A DNA stretch of 64,000 nucleotides, taken from NCBI GenBank assembly GCA_015478775.1, contig JADMKP010000008.1:184076-248075 (forward strand), read 5' to 3'. Shown one piece after another: positions 8,993 through 20,496 of the stretch; positions within the stretch are counted from its first letter, which is position 1, and every line of letters begins with the position of its first letter. This DNA comes from Fermentimonas sp. (GTDB taxonomy: Bacteria > Bacteroidota > Bacteroidia > Bacteroidales > Dysgonomonadaceae). Position numbers and translations under genes: made by a program. The notes under the pieces were generated by a model that had not been told where the DNA came from, made no database searches, and saw only the letters and a list, made by a program, of their open reading frames with translations.

Positions 8993-9592
8993 TTAGTTTG
9001 TTTTTGGTCTGTTCTGAAGCTTGTTAAATACTGCAATTAAATATCCTAGAACAATAAAGGCACCTGGTGCAAGCACAAATATTAATGATCCAAACTGCTC
9101 GGGGTAGATATTAATTGAGAATATTTTACCTGTTCCCATCAATTCTCTTAGGGCTCCTAAAACAGTAAGAGAAAGTGTGAATCCTAAACCCATGCCTGCA
9201 CCGTCAAAAATAGATGAGATTACACTATTTCTAGAAGCAAATGCTTCAGCACGACCAAGTACTATACAATTTACAACTATAAGTGGTAAGAATATTCCAA
9301 GGCTATCGACAAGGGCGGGTACGTAAGCATTCATTATCATCTCAATGATAGTAACAAATGCTGCAATTACAACAATATATGCTGGGATACGTACCATATC
9401 AGGGATTAAGTTTTTTAATAATGATATTACAGCGTTTGAGCAAATTAAAACAAACATTGTTGCTAATCCCATACTCATTCCGTTAATAGCTGAACTGGTA
9501 GTTGCAAGTGTTGGACACATTCCTAAGAGTAATACAAGGATAGGATTCTCTCGTATTATTCCATTTAAAAGCACGCTTAAATTTTTATTCAT
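8993..9592 (-). CDS. rnfE: Rnf complex subunit E
   Basis: LGMCPTLA, IVVNCIVLGRAEAFA, GALREL. Confidence 0.95.
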   Translation of the reverse strand: MNKNLSVLLNGIIRENPILVLLLGMCPTLATTSSAINGMSMGLATMFVLICSNAVISLLKNLIPDMVRIPAYIVVIAAFVTIIEMIMNAYVPALVDSLGIFLPLIVVNCIVLGRAEAFASRNSVISSIFDGAGMGLGFTLSLTVLGALRELMGTGKIFSINIYPEQFGSLIFVLAPGAFIVLGYLIAVFNKLQNRPKTN

Positions 9593-9610
9593 TGTATTTT
9601 ATCCTCTCAG

Positions 9611-10243
9611 TTAATTGTCATTATTGTCAACGCTATCAGTAGTAGCACTGGAATAGGAGTCTGTCTTACTTCCACTGTAGGCACTGTAGGCTTTATTAAC
9701 TGCATTAAGAAAAGCTCTGGATGTAATTGTTGAAGCAGTTATTGCATCTATATCACCGCCATCGTTTTTAACGGCCAATGCACCTAAAGTCATATCCCTT
9801 CCAATAATCGATTTGCTGTTAGATTCTGTATCCTTGAACCAGTCACTCATTTTAGATCCCAACCCTGGTGTTTCGGCATGTTGTAAGATTTCATAATTTA
9901 CTAGTTTTTCATCCATGTCAAAGCCAACCATTATTTGAATCTCTCCCGCAAAGCCATTTGCAGAACTACTAATTGCGAATCCTACAAACTCTCCACCTTT
10001 TATAGCAGGGTATACTAACAGAGAATCTCCACTTTCGTTTGCAATCAAATAAGATTCTGCAACCGGGTCATTATCAAATTCTGGTACAACTTGACCAATT
10101 GCATTCTGAAGCTTCAAAGCCTTTGCTTCAGCAATTGGCTTTGCAGTCATTTTGTTAACCTGTGCCAATAATAAAGCCACAGCTAGGCATATTATTGATA
10201 ATGACAGGAACATATTTTTAAATGTAGATGTTAATTTAGCCAT
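9611..10243 (-). CDS. rnfG: Rnf complex subunit G (FMN-binding)
   Basis: N-terminal TM anchor, HAETPGLGS, DAITASTITS flavinylation-type motif. Confidence 0.93.
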   Translation of the reverse strand: MAKLTSTFKNMFLSLSIICLAVALLLAQVNKMTAKPIAEAKALKLQNAIGQVVPEFDNDPVAESYLIANESGDSLLVYPAIKGGEFVGFAISSSANGFAGEIQIMVGFDMDEKLVNYEILQHAETPGLGSKMSDWFKDTESNSKSIIGRDMTLGALAVKNDGGDIDAITASTITSRAFLNAVNKAYSAYSGSKTDSYSSATTDSVDNNDN

Positions 10244-11201
10244 TTTTTACAACCTCCCCGAATCTTTTTGGTGATGTATAACTATTAATTAATGGTGTAA
10301 AAGCATTCATTAAAAGTATTGCAAAAGATACCCCTTCAGGATAAGCTCCCCAGAGACGAATTGCTACTGTAATAAAACCTATTCCAACACCGTAAATAAT
10401 CATTCCTTTTTTGGTCATTGGAGACGTTACATAATCAGTTGCCATAAAACAGGCCCCAAGCATTAATCCCCCCGAAGCTAGATGAATAATAGGATTATAT
10501 AACTCTAATGGATTAATTAGATATAATATTCCTGTAAAGAGTGCAACTGTTACAAGAATTGAAACTGGGATATGCCATGTTATCACCTTTTTCCAAATCA
10601 TATAAATTAACCCAATAAGAATGGCCAGAGCACTCATCTCACCTATAGACCCCGCTTCAATTCCTAGAAACATTTGTTGTAACGTAGGCAATGCTTCGGG
10701 ATTATATTTTAGAACTCCCAATACAGTAGCCGAGCTCACAGCATCAGTTGTTTCTGCAATTGCGGGCATAGGCCATGTAGTCATTTGAGCGGGAAATGAG
10801 ATTAATAAGAATATTCGTCCCGCAATGGCTGGGTTAAAAATATTATTTCCCAATCCTCCAAAAGATAGTTTTACTACTCCTATTGCAAATAGACATCCAA
10901 GTGCTAAAATCCACAACGGTAAATTTGATGGTACATTAAAAGCTAAAAGAACTCCGGTAATAATTGCCGATCCATCGAATGCGGAAGGTATCTTTTTTAT
11001 CAAATATTTAACTATAACATATTCAAACAAAACACAGAAAACCACTGCAGAAAGAGTGATTATCAGTGTGTCAAGTCTAAATACATATAAAGCTATAATA
11101 AATGCCGGAATTAATGCTATAAGCACATGATACATGTTTCTCTCAATCGAATCACCACTGTGTATGTGTGGTGATGGAGAGACAATCAGTTTGTTTTCCA
11201 T
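10236..11201 (-). CDS. rnfD: Rnf complex subunit D
   Basis: SPSPHIH, FGGLGNNIFNPA, DAVSSAT, FMATDYVTSP, GAYPEGVSFA. Confidence 0.95.
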   Translation of the reverse strand: MENKLIVSPSPHIHSGDSIERNMYHVLIALIPAFIIALYVFRLDTLIITLSAVVFCVLFEYVIVKYLIKKIPSAFDGSAIITGVLLAFNVPSNLPLWILALGCLFAIGVVKLSFGGLGNNIFNPAIAGRIFLLISFPAQMTTWPMPAIAETTDAVSSATVLGVLKYNPEALPTLQQMFLGIEAGSIGEMSALAILIGLIYMIWKKVITWHIPVSILVTVALFTGILYLINPLELYNPIIHLASGGLMLGACFMATDYVTSPMTKKGMIIYGVGIGFITVAIRLWGAYPEGVSFAILLMNAFTPLINSYTSPKRFGEVVKNG

Positions 11202-11219
11202 ATCTAAATTTGTTCTGCT

Positions 11220-12551
11220 TTAATTTTTTCTTGTCCTTATAATGGTATTAACTTTCCCTTTACCCAATTTTATATAATCGAGCAGCGGACGGTGCGATGG
11301 ACATATAAAACTGCATGAACCACACTCTATACAGTCAGTTATATGATTCAATTCCGCTTTGTCCCATACCTCGTATTCGGTTAAATTCATCAATAGAGTA
11401 GGGTTAAGTCCCATAGGGCAAACAGTGATACATTTAGTACATCTTATACACTCTTTCATCACTTTTCTCTTAGCTGCTAGAGTTGGAATAATCAATATCC
11501 CTGAGGTTCCTTTAGTAATAGGAATCTCAATACTTGCTAAAGCTTTACCCATCATAGGTCCCCCGCTAACTATCTTCCCTGTTTCATTAGGTAATCCACC
11601 TGCTTCTTCAATAAGATTGTTTAGAGGTGTACCTATTCTAGAAAGAAAATTAGAAGGCTTGCTTACATGGTCGCCGGTAATTGTTACCACACGATCTATA
11701 AGTGGTTTGTTATTCTGAACCGCCTCATATACTGCGAAAATTGTGCCTACATTTTGAACAACTGCTCCCACCGATATTGGTAGTGAACCGCTTGGTACCT
11801 GACGCTTAAGTACGGCATCAATCAACTGTTTTTCACCACCTTGAGGATATTGTACTTTTAAGGGTTGAATCTCAATGTTAGGATATTCTTTAGACAATTT
11901 CTTGAAGCCCGTGATAGCATCTTTCTTATTATTCTCAATGCCTATGATAGCTTTATTTACATTTAAAGCTTTCATTACAATTGTAGTGCCTACTAATATC
12001 TCTTCAGTCTTTTCAATCATTAGTGCATGGTCTGATGTGAGATAAGGTTCACATTCAACCCCATTGATGATTAAAATCTCTGGTGTTGTTCCCGGGGGAG
12101 GTGTAAGCTTAACATGAGATGGAAATGTTGCACCTCCCATACCAACTATACCGGCTTTTTCTATTTTGCTCAATATCTCTGTTGGGGATAAAGTGCATTC
12201 CCTTTTAATTGTATCACTTCTATCAATCGTTTCTTCCCATTCATCACCTTCACAGTTTATGAAAACTGCATCTCTTTTGTAACCGCTCGAATCTAAGGCT
12301 TTATCAATCTTTAGTACCGTGCCAGATACCGAAGAATGAATGTTTGCTGAAACATACCCTACGCTCTTACCTATCTGAGTTCCTACCTTCACTTTATCCC
12401 CTTTCTTAACAATGGGCTGACAAGGTGCACCTATGTGTTGACTCATAGGAATTACTACCTGTTTAGGTATAACAATGGGTTGTATTGCTTTTCCGGCTGA
12501 TATTTTCCTTTCTTTCGGATGAATACCACCAAGTTTGAATGTTTTTAACAT
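11220..12551 (-). CDS. rnfC: Rnf complex subunit C
   Basis: GGIHP, GMGGATFPSHVK, ECEPYLTSD, YPQGGEKQL and two 4Fe-4S motifs (CIRCTKC..CP, CIECGSC..CP). Confidence 0.96.
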   Translation of the reverse strand: MLKTFKLGGIHPKERKISAGKAIQPIVIPKQVVIPMSQHIGAPCQPIVKKGDKVKVGTQIGKSVGYVSANIHSSVSGTVLKIDKALDSSGYKRDAVFINCEGDEWEETIDRSDTIKRECTLSPTEILSKIEKAGIVGMGGATFPSHVKLTPPPGTTPEILIINGVECEPYLTSDHALMIEKTEEILVGTTIVMKALNVNKAIIGIENNKKDAITGFKKLSKEYPNIEIQPLKVQYPQGGEKQLIDAVLKRQVPSGSLPISVGAVVQNVGTIFAVYEAVQNNKPLIDRVVTITGDHVSKPSNFLSRIGTPLNNLIEEAGGLPNETGKIVSGGPMMGKALASIEIPITKGTSGILIIPTLAAKRKVMKECIRCTKCITVCPMGLNPTLLMNLTEYEVWDKAELNHITDCIECGSCSFICPSHRPLLDYIKLGKGKVNTIIRTRKN

Positions 12552-12571
12552 ATGTTCTCTAAACTTACAGG

Positions 12572-13441
12572 TTAAACAGATACTGCAACCGGCTCATCTT
12601 TAATAGCCAGAGGTTTATCTTTTTTAGGTGGAAAATTTAATTCTAGTATCGAGTTAGTAGGACAAACCGGTACACATTTCCGGCATAATCTACACTTATC
12701 ATCAATGATAAAAGCCAGGTTGTTTTCAATAGTTATAGCCTCAAATGGGCATACTTGCTGACACTTTGTACAACCAATACATGCCACTTCACATGATTTT
12801 TTAGCTACACCACCTTTGTCTTTATTCACGCAACTTACATATATGCGTTTAGATTTAGGTCCTTGCTTTCTTAATTCAATTATATCCTTAGGACAAGCCT
12901 TAACACAAGCACCGCATGCAGTGCACTTATCCTCAATTACCTCAGGTAGCAGAGTATCCGGGTTTATATGAATTGCATCAAATGAACATGAATCAACACA
13001 ATCGCCAAGACCATAACACCCAAATGAACAGCCTGTATCACCACCATATAAAGCGGATGCAATCGTACAATTAGAAACTCCATCATAGAGATTCAATCTG
13101 GGTCGATTATCGCAAGTTCCATTACAGCGGACTACCGCTATTTTCTTTACTGCTACAGGAGCTTTTTGACCAAGTATCTCGGCCACAGCGTCCATTGTTT
13201 TTTGTCCTCCAACTGGACAGTTTAAATCGCTTAATGTCTCTGCATTAACGCATGCAGTTGCAAACGAGGAACATCCGGGGAACCCACAGCCACCACAATT
13301 GGCAGCTGGTAAAGCATCTTGAACCTCCTGTATGCGAGGATCTTCTTCTACTTTAAATTTTTGTCCCACAATATAGAGAATTGCCGCGCTTCCCGCACCA
13401 ATAGCTCCTAATGTTGCAACGGCAGATAGTAATACACTCAT
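12572..13441 (-). CDS. rnfB: Rnf complex subunit B; start placed at the ATG at 13441 (MSVLLSAV...) instead of 13516
   Basis: LPAANCGGCGFPGC cluster plus several ferredoxin motifs; the TM anchor begins at MSVLL; the longer ORF would overlap rseC. Confidence 0.93.
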   Translation of the reverse strand: MSVLLSAVATLGAIGAGSAAILYIVGQKFKVEEDPRIQEVQDALPAANCGGCGFPGCSSFATACVNAETLSDLNCPVGGQKTMDAVAEILGQKAPVAVKKIAVVRCNGTCDNRPRLNLYDGVSNCTIASALYGGDTGCSFGCYGLGDCVDSCSFDAIHINPDTLLPEVIEDKCTACGACVKACPKDIIELRKQGPKSKRIYVSCVNKDKGGVAKKSCEVACIGCTKCQQVCPFEAITIENNLAFIIDDKCRLCRKCVPVCPTNSILELNFPPKKDKPLAIKDEPVAVSV

Positions 13442-13445
13442 AATA

Positions 13446-13856
13446 TTAATTTGTTTTTTTAATACTGAATCTAAACGAATTTGCCATTCTGTTTCTGAAA
13501 AAATAGAGTACGCCATAATAAGGAACCAGAGCTACCAAAGAAGCCAAAGCTGCCTTTATATCACTTAAATTCCATATTTTAAGAGAAAGAACTAAGACAA
13601 GTATAAGAAATAGCAGTGGTAACACAAATGCCCAAAAAACAGCTTTATAACCAATTGATTTTTTACCTTCAATTAATACTTTTTCGTTTTCATGAAACAT
13701 ACCTGTAAAATCCCATATATCAACCAACTTTTCTTTTGAATCGGAAGCCATACAGGCTGCTCTTGCATGACAATCACTGCAGGCCGATTTTTGTAGTATT
13801 CGAACTGTAATGTTATTGCCTATTACTTTCTCAATTATTCCTTCGTGTTCAATCAT
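13446..13856 (-). CDS. rseC: RseC/MucC-family protein
   Basis: MIEHEGII, SACSDCHARAAC Cys motif, two C-terminal TMs; heads the rnf operon. Confidence 0.88.
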   Translation of the reverse strand: MIEHEGIIEKVIGNNITVRILQKSACSDCHARAACMASDSKEKLVDIWDFTGMFHENEKVLIEGKKSIGYKAVFWAFVLPLLFLILVLVLSLKIWNLSDIKAALASLVALVPYYGVLYFFRNRMANSFRFSIKKTN

Positions 13857-14138
13857 GAATCACTGGTATAATAAATTCTTATTTAATTTATATGCCTAAC
13901 TAGCCACAAAGTTAGGTATTATTTTTGTGATTATTAAAAGTATTAATGAACTAAATCCCAACTCTATTGTTAATATAAGTTTGCAATTAATTTATAATTG
14001 CCATAGACGGTGTTGATTGACTACAATTAAATAATATAACCCTACTTTTCGACGAACATTTAGCTCAATTTTCTTGTTTAAATGTAGTGTTCTAGCTTAG
14101 TCAACAGATTTTTGTTATATTTTAATACTTCGATTCCT

Positions 14139-16397
14139 ATGATTTTTGATATTGAGATGATTCGGAAGGTTTACGAACAACTTCCTGCTAAAGTGCAACA
14201 AGTTAAAGATGTACTTCAAAGACCTTTAACATTAACTGAAAAAATTCTATTTACGCATCTTTCTACCGATATGCCGGTTAGGAACTATAAGCGTGCAAAG
14301 GATTATGTTGATTTTGCTCCCGACCGTGTAGCAATGCAGGATGCAACAGCTCAGATGGCTTTACTTCAGTTTATGAACTCAGGCAGAACTTCTGTTGCGG
14401 TGCCTTCTACGGTTCACTGCGATCATTTAATACAAGCTTATAAAAACGCTTCTACAGATCTTGAAACAGCTAAAATTACAAATCGTGAGGTTTTTGATTT
14501 CCTTCGCGATGTATCAAACAAATATGGAATTGGATTTTGGAAGCCAGGTGCAGGCATTATACATCAGGTAGTTCTCGAAAACTATGCTTTCCCAGGTGGT
14601 ATGATGATTGGAACCGACTCACATACACCCAATGCTGGTGGTCTGGGCATGATAGCAATTGGTGTTGGTGGTGCCGATGCTGTTGATGTTATGGCAGGCA
14701 TGCCATGGGAGTTGAAAATGCCAAAACTCATTGGTGTTAAGCTTACAGGTAAACTATCCGGATGGAGTGCGCCAAAGGATGTAATTCTTAAAGTTGCAGG
14801 TATACTCACGGTAAAAGGTGGAACAAATGCTGTAATAGAATATTTTGGTGAAGGCGCAGAGTCTCTATCTGCCACAGGAAAAGGAACTATATGTAATATG
14901 GGTGCTGAGGTCGGAGCAACAACATCAATTTTCCCATTCGATTATAAATCTGCCGAATATCTTAATCATACGGGTAGAAAAGAGGTAGCTGATGAGGCAA
15001 TGAAAGTTGTAGAACATCTAAGACCCGATCCTGAGGTGGTTGCTAATCCTGAACTTTATTACGATCAATTAATAGAAATCAACCTTTCAAAGCTAGAACC
15101 GCATATAAACGGTCCATTCACACCCGATGCAGCATATACGATATCTGAATTTGGGGAAGCTGTAAAGAAAAATGGCTGGCCTCGTAGGATGGAAGTCGGA
15201 CTAATTGGTTCATGTACCAACTCATCTTATGAAGACTTAACCAGAGCAGTCTCTATTGTTAAACAGGCTGCAGATGATGAAGTGCCAGTAAAAGCACAGT
15301 TCCTTATCAATCCAGGTTCTGAGCAAATAAGATATACTGCCGAGCGTGATGGCATCCTTCAGGTTTTTGAAGATGCAGGCGCCACAATTATCGCAAATGC
15401 TTGCGGTCCGTGTATAGGACAATGGAAACGTGATGATGAAACAGCAAATGATCGAGTAAATTCAATAGTAACATCGTTCAACCGTAATTTTGCTAAGCGA
15501 AATGATGGCAACCCAAATACACATGCCTTTGTAACTTCTCCTGAGTTGGTTGCTGCCCTAACTATTTCAGGTGATTTATGCTTTAACCCCTTAACCGACA
15601 CTCTTTTAAATGAAAGAGGCGAAGAGGTGAAACTTAAAGAACCACAAGGTTTTGAATTGCCTCCTAACGGATATGATGTAAAAGATGCCGGATTTATTGC
15701 ACCCTCAGATAATGCTGATGGAGTAAGCATTAATATCGATCCAGAATCAAACCGATTGCAAAAACTAGAGCCTTTTGCTCCTTGGAATGGCAATGATTTA
15801 ACAGATTTGCCCCTTCTCATAAAGGTTAAGGGTAAATGCACTACCGACCATATTTCAATGGCAGGTCCTTGGCTTCGCTACAGAGGTCACCTCGATAATA
15901 TTTCTGAGAATATGCTCATCGGTGCTGTAAACATATTTAACGATCAAACAAATACTGTTTTAGATCCCGAATCGGGAGAATATATGACTGTACCCGGTTT
16001 AGCTCGCAAATTCAAAGCTCAGGGCTTGGGATCCGTTGTTGTTGCAGAAGAAAATTATGGTGAAGGATCAAGTCGCGAGCACGCTGCAATGGAGCCTCGT
16101 CACCTTAATGTAAAAGCAATACTTGTTAAATCGTTCGCGCGTATTCACGAAACAAATTTAAAGAAACAAGGAATGTTGGGTCTTACATTTGTTGATAACA
16201 GCGATTACGACAAGATTAGAGAGGGCGATAAAATAAGTATATTAGGTTTAAGAGAGTTTGCACCAGGAAATAATCTGACAATAGAACTTCTTCATACAGA
16301 TGGCTCAAGGGAATCTTTTGAAGCAGCTCACACATACAATGAGCAGCAGGTAGAATGGTTCAAAGCCGGTAGTGCATTAAATGCGATGAAAAGATAA
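14139..16397 (+). CDS. acn: Aconitate hydratase (mitochondrial-type); likely start at ATG 14139
   Basis: [42 protein letters not shown] motifs. Confidence 0.95.
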   Translation: MIFDIEMIRKVYEQLPAKVQQVKDVLQRPLTLTEKILFTHLSTDMPVRNYKRAKDYVDFAPDRVAMQDATAQMALLQFMNSGRTSVAVPSTVHCDHLIQAYKNASTDLETAKITNREVFDFLRDVSNKYGIGFWKPGAGIIHQVVLENYAFPGGMMIGTDSHTPNAGGLGMIAIGVGGADAVDVMAGMPWELKMPKLIGVKLTGKLSGWSAPKDVILKVAGILTVKGGTNAVIEYFGEGAESLSATGKGTICNMGAEVGATTSIFPFDYKSAEYLNHTGRKEVADEAMKVVEHLRPDPEVVANPELYYDQLIEINLSKLEPHINGPFTPDAAYTISEFGEAVKKNGWPRRMEVGLIGSCTNSSYEDLTRAVSIVKQAADDEVPVKAQFLINPGSEQIRYTAERDGILQVFEDAGATIIANACGPCIGQWKRDDETANDRVNSIVTSFNRNFAKRNDGNPNTHAFVTSPELVAALTISGDLCFNPLTDTLLNERGEEVKLKEPQGFELPPNGYDVKDAGFIAPSDNADGVSINIDPESNRLQKLEPFAPWNGNDLTDLPLLIKVKGKCTTDHISMAGPWLRYRGHLDNISENMLIGAVNIFNDQTNTVLDPESGEYMTVPGLARKFKAQGLGSVVVAEENYGEGSSREHAAMEPRHLNVKAILVKSFARIHETNLKKQGMLGLTFVDNSDYDKIREGDKISILGLREFAPGNNLTIELLHTDGSRESFEAAHTYNEQQVEWFKAGSALNAMKR

Positions 16398-16420
16398 TGT
16401 TACCTTTATAAATTTAACAC

Positions 16421-17677
16421 ATGCAAATTAAAATGAATAAGGGTAAGATGATTATCCCAGATAATCCCACAATTCCTTTTATTGAAGGAGATGGTATTGG
16501 CAAGGAAATCACTACTCAAGTGCAAAAAATACTAGACTCCGCTATAGAAAAGTCTTATAGCGGAACAAAGAAGATAGATTGGCTAGAGGTACTGGCCGGA
16601 GAGAAAGCCTTTACTGAAGTGGGCACATGGTTACCTGCACAAACCATAGATGCATTTCGTAATCATTTTATTGGCATAAAAGGACCCTTAACCACTCCTG
16701 TGGGAGAGGGCATTAGATCGCTAAACGTTGCGCTCCGACAGGAACTTGATCTTTATGTATGCTTGCGACCGGTAAGATGGTTTAGAGGTGTTGCCACTCC
16801 ACTTTTGCATCCCGAAAAAGTAAATGTTACTATTTTTCGCGAAAATACAGAAGATATTTATGCAGGTATCGAATGGGCAGCAGGAACATCAGAATCAAAA
16901 AAAGTTCTCGATTTTCTGCAAAACGAGATGGGAGTAAAGAATATTCGATTCCCAAACAGCTCTTCCTTTGGTATCAAACCAGTGTCTAGAGAAGGAACAG
17001 AGAGGCTGGTTCGATCGGCAATAGAGTATGCTATAGAAAATCAATTGCCCTCTGTAACGTTGGTTCATAAAGGCAACATCATGAAGTTTACAGAAGGTGG
17101 ATTCAAAAAGTGGGGTTACGATCTTGCTGAACGTGAGTTCTCCGATAATACATTCACAGAACATAGATTCAATCAAATTAAGGTTGAGAAAGGTCTAAAT
17201 AAGGCAGTTGAAATGTACAATCATGCAATAGAGTCGGGTAAAGTATTTATTAAAGATGTTATTGCCGATGCTTTCTTGCAAAACACACTGCTCAAGCCCG
17301 AAGAATACTCGGTCATTGCTACACTTAATCTCAATGGAGATTACATCTCCGATCAGCTTGCAGCAATGGTGGGAGGTATAGGTATAGCACCAGGTGCAAA
17401 TATCAATTACCTTTCTGGTCATGCCATATTTGAAGCAACTCATGGCACCGCACCCGATATTGTCGGTAAGAATTTGGCCAATCCCTGTTCATTGTTGCTT
17501 TCTGGTGTAATGATGTTAAATTATATCGAATGGTATGAACCAGCCAAGCTAATAACCTCATCTCTAGAGAAGTTATTCAAAAACGGATATGCTACTTCCG
17601 ACCTTGCACGTTTCATGGAAGATGGTAAACCTCTTTCAACATCTGAGTTTTCGTCAAAAGTAATAGAGTATCTCTAA
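16421..17677 (+). CDS. icd: Isocitrate dehydrogenase, type I (E. coli Icd-like); NAD-type signature
   Basis: KGPLTTPVGEGIRSLNVALRQ, FRENTEDIYAG, HKGNIMKF, EATHGTAPDIVG. Confidence 0.92.
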   Translation: MQIKMNKGKMIIPDNPTIPFIEGDGIGKEITTQVQKILDSAIEKSYSGTKKIDWLEVLAGEKAFTEVGTWLPAQTIDAFRNHFIGIKGPLTTPVGEGIRSLNVALRQELDLYVCLRPVRWFRGVATPLLHPEKVNVTIFRENTEDIYAGIEWAAGTSESKKVLDFLQNEMGVKNIRFPNSSSFGIKPVSREGTERLVRSAIEYAIENQLPSVTLVHKGNIMKFTEGGFKKWGYDLAEREFSDNTFTEHRFNQIKVEKGLNKAVEMYNHAIESGKVFIKDVIADAFLQNTLLKPEEYSVIATLNLNGDYISDQLAAMVGGIGIAPGANINYLSGHAIFEATHGTAPDIVGKNLANPCSLLLSGVMMLNYIEWYEPAKLITSSLEKLFKNGYATSDLARFMEDGKPLSTSEFSSKVIEYL

Positions 17678-17813
17678 AAATAACCGCTTTAATTAAACAA
17701 AAAGAGTATTCCCTATGTTAGAACTACAACAGTTTTTAGTGCCATTCGAAAACTGAATAATAAGTGCAATCAGATTATTAAAAACGGATACAAAAAATCA
17801 ACATTATAATTAT

Positions 17814-19172
17814 ATGAATAATAACGAAATTACTAAAATCTTGTCAGAATCAATTCTGTTTACAAGCGATATCGACAAAGAGTTATTTACCAAAATGGGA
17901 GTAAAGCGAGGACTGCGTAATGAAAATCATTCCGGAGTTCTGGCCGGACTAACTCGTATTGGCGATGTTGTAGGATTCGAGAGACAAGCGGACGGAAGCT
18001 TAAAACCAATTCCTGGAAAACTTTTCTATAGAGGTCTTGATGTTGAGGAGCTGGTTGCCGGTGTGCAAAATGAGAATAGACTGGGATTTGAAGAAACAAT
18101 TTTTCTTCTTCTATCAGGACGTCTTCCTAATAAAACCGAGTTAGATGCTACTCAAAATCTAATTGCACAAACAATGCCCTTGAATCATAAAGCTACAATG
18201 AATATTCTTGCTCTTCAAGGTAAAAATATTATGAATATACTTGCCAGGAGTGTACTCGAATTGTATGTATATGACCAGGATCCTGATAATATCTCACGCG
18301 AAAATCTGATAAGCCAGTCTATTAATTTAATTGCCAAATTCCCAACCATCATTGCATATGCATATCAGGTGTTAAGGCATGATGTTAAAGGACGCTCATT
18401 ACATGTTCGTCTGCCTTACCCACATAAATCGGTTGCCGAGAACTTCCTCTTTATGATGAAAGGTCACGATAAATATACAGAACTGGATATTAAGATACTC
18501 GACCTGGCACTTATCCTGCATGCCGAGCATGGTGGAGGTAACAATTCAACATTCTCGGTACGAGTAACAAGTTCAACCGAAACAGATACATACTCGGCTA
18601 TAGCTGCCGGAATTGGGTCTCTTAAAGGACCTTTGCATGGTGGAGCAAACGTTAAGGTTATGGGTATGCTTTCTGATATGAAAAAGAAGATAACCGACTG
18701 GACAGATGTTAGTCAGGTTGATGCTTATCTCACAAAGGTTTTAAATAAGGAAGAGTTTGATCGTACAGGTCTCATTTACGGTATTGGGCATGCTGTTTAT
18801 ACAATCAGTGATCCTCGTACAGCACTTCTAAAAAATATGGCAAAAGATCTTGCAAAAGAAAAAGGTCGTGAAGATGAATTCGCTTTTATGGAATTAATCG
18901 AAGAGCGTGCAATAGAAGTCTTTATGGATGCTAAAAAACGTACAGCTAAAGGTAATGTTTGTGTCAACGTCGATTTCTATTCAGGCTTTGTTTATGATGC
19001 AATAGGTTTGCCATCTGAAGTTTATACTCCTCTTTTTGCAATGGCTCGTATCGTAGGCTGGTCTGCTCACCGAATCGAAGAGATGAACTTCTCAAGCAAG
19101 AGACTAATTCGTCCCGCATACAAGAATGTACGTGAAATACAAGACTTTGTACCACTAAGCGAAAGAAAATAG
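17814..19172 (+). CDS. gltA: Citrate synthase
   Basis: HAEHGGGNNST, GPLHGGAN, GIGHAVYTISDPR, NVDFYSG. Confidence 0.95.
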   Translation: MNNNEITKILSESILFTSDIDKELFTKMGVKRGLRNENHSGVLAGLTRIGDVVGFERQADGSLKPIPGKLFYRGLDVEELVAGVQNENRLGFEETIFLLLSGRLPNKTELDATQNLIAQTMPLNHKATMNILALQGKNIMNILARSVLELYVYDQDPDNISRENLISQSINLIAKFPTIIAYAYQVLRHDVKGRSLHVRLPYPHKSVAENFLFMMKGHDKYTELDIKILDLALILHAEHGGGNNSTFSVRVTSSTETDTYSAIAAGIGSLKGPLHGGANVKVMGMLSDMKKKITDWTDVSQVDAYLTKVLNKEEFDRTGLIYGIGHAVYTISDPRTALLKNMAKDLAKEKGREDEFAFMELIEERAIEVFMDAKKRTAKGNVCVNVDFYSGFVYDAIGLPSEVYTPLFAMARIVGWSAHRIEEMNFSSKRLIRPAYKNVREIQDFVPLSERK

Positions 19173-19262
19173 AGTTTTTATCAAATGATTAAGTGTTGAA
19201 GTTGAATATTATTAATCAGCTTAAACACAATTGTCTAAATATATAGTGAAAGTTATATTATA

Positions 19263-20489
19263 ATGCAGAAAATTAAAGTAGTAAATCCCGTTGTAGAACT
19301 TGATGGTGACGAGATGACCCGTATAATCTGGTCGTTTATAAAAGAAGAACTTATCCTGCCCTATCTCGATTTAGATATAAAATATTACGATCTCAGCATA
19401 CAGCATCGCGATGCTACGGATGATCAGGTAACAGTGGATGCCGCAGAGGCAATAAAAAAATATAATGTAGGTATTAAGTGTGCAACCATCACACCCGATG
19501 AGGCTCGTGTTGAGGAGTTTGAACTCAAAAAGATGTGGAGATCACCAAATGGTACTATTCGTAATATTGTGGGAGGCACCGTTTTTCGTGAACCCATAAT
19601 CTGCAATAATATACCTCGCTATGTTCAGGGTTGGACCCAACCAATAATCATCGGTCGTCATGCTTTTGGCGATCAATACCGTGCAACAGACACGGTAATA
19701 ACTGGTAAGGGAAAACTCACAATGACATTCACTTCAGAGGATGGCAAAACGCAGAGCTGGGATATATACGATTTTAAAGGTGATGGTGTAGCAATGGCAA
19801 TGTACAACACAGATGAGTCGATATATGGCTTTGCTCGCTCATCTTTCCAAATGGCTTTAAGTAAAAACTATCCACTCTACATGTCCACCAAAAATACCAT
19901 CCTTAAAGCTTATGATGGTCGCTTCAAAGACATTTTTCAGGAAGTTTATGAAAATGAATTTAAAGATGAATTCATAAAAGCAGGCTTAACCTATGAGCAC
20001 CGACTTATAGATGATATGGTAGCCGCTGCCATGAAGTGGAATGGTGGATTTGTATGGGCATGTAAAAACTACGATGGAGATGTGCAATCAGATACCGTTG
20101 CGCAAGGATTCGGTTCACTTGGAATGATGTCATCTGTATTAATTACACCAGATGGCAAAACTGTTGAAGCTGAAGCCGCACATGGCACTGTTACTCGTCA
20201 TTATCGCCAACATCAGCAAGGTAATGAGACTAGTACAAACCCAATTGCATCAATCTTTGCATGGACAAGAGGACTTGCTCATCGTGGTAAATTAGATAAT
20301 AATCAAGAGTTAATAGATTTTTGTAATAACCTCGAGCAAGTTTGCATTCAAACTGTTGAAGATGGCGAGATGACAAAAGATCTTGCAATTCTAGTATATG
20401 GTTCTGATATGCAGCGAAACAACTGGTTAACAACAAAAGATTTCCTCCATGCGCTCAAAAGGAATCTCGAAAAAGCTCTAAAAGATTAA
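19263..20489 (+). CDS. icd: Isocitrate dehydrogenase, type II (eukaryotic IDH1-like), NADP-dependent
   Basis: [58 protein letters not shown]. Confidence 0.95.
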   Translation: MQKIKVVNPVVELDGDEMTRIIWSFIKEELILPYLDLDIKYYDLSIQHRDATDDQVTVDAAEAIKKYNVGIKCATITPDEARVEEFELKKMWRSPNGTIRNIVGGTVFREPIICNNIPRYVQGWTQPIIIGRHAFGDQYRATDTVITGKGKLTMTFTSEDGKTQSWDIYDFKGDGVAMAMYNTDESIYGFARSSFQMALSKNYPLYMSTKNTILKAYDGRFKDIFQEVYENEFKDEFIKAGLTYEHRLIDDMVAAAMKWNGGFVWACKNYDGDVQSDTVAQGFGSLGMMSSVLITPDGKTVEAEAAHGTVTRHYRQHQQGNETSTNPIASIFAWTRGLAHRGKLDNNQELIDFCNNLEQVCIQTVEDGEMTKDLAILVYGSDMQRNNWLTTKDFLHALKRNLEKALKD

Positions 20490-20496
20490 AAAACGG

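Noticed and set aside
13442-13516. N-terminal extension of rnfB in the ORF track
   Set aside because: Overlaps the 3' end of rseC; the ATG at 13441 gives a normal RnfB TM start.
14582-15841. Antisense ORFs of 60-160 aa inside acn, and similar ones inside the ATPase, pnp, susC, htpG and lon
   Set aside because: Fully nested opposite well-supported genes with no motifs; expected shadow ORFs.
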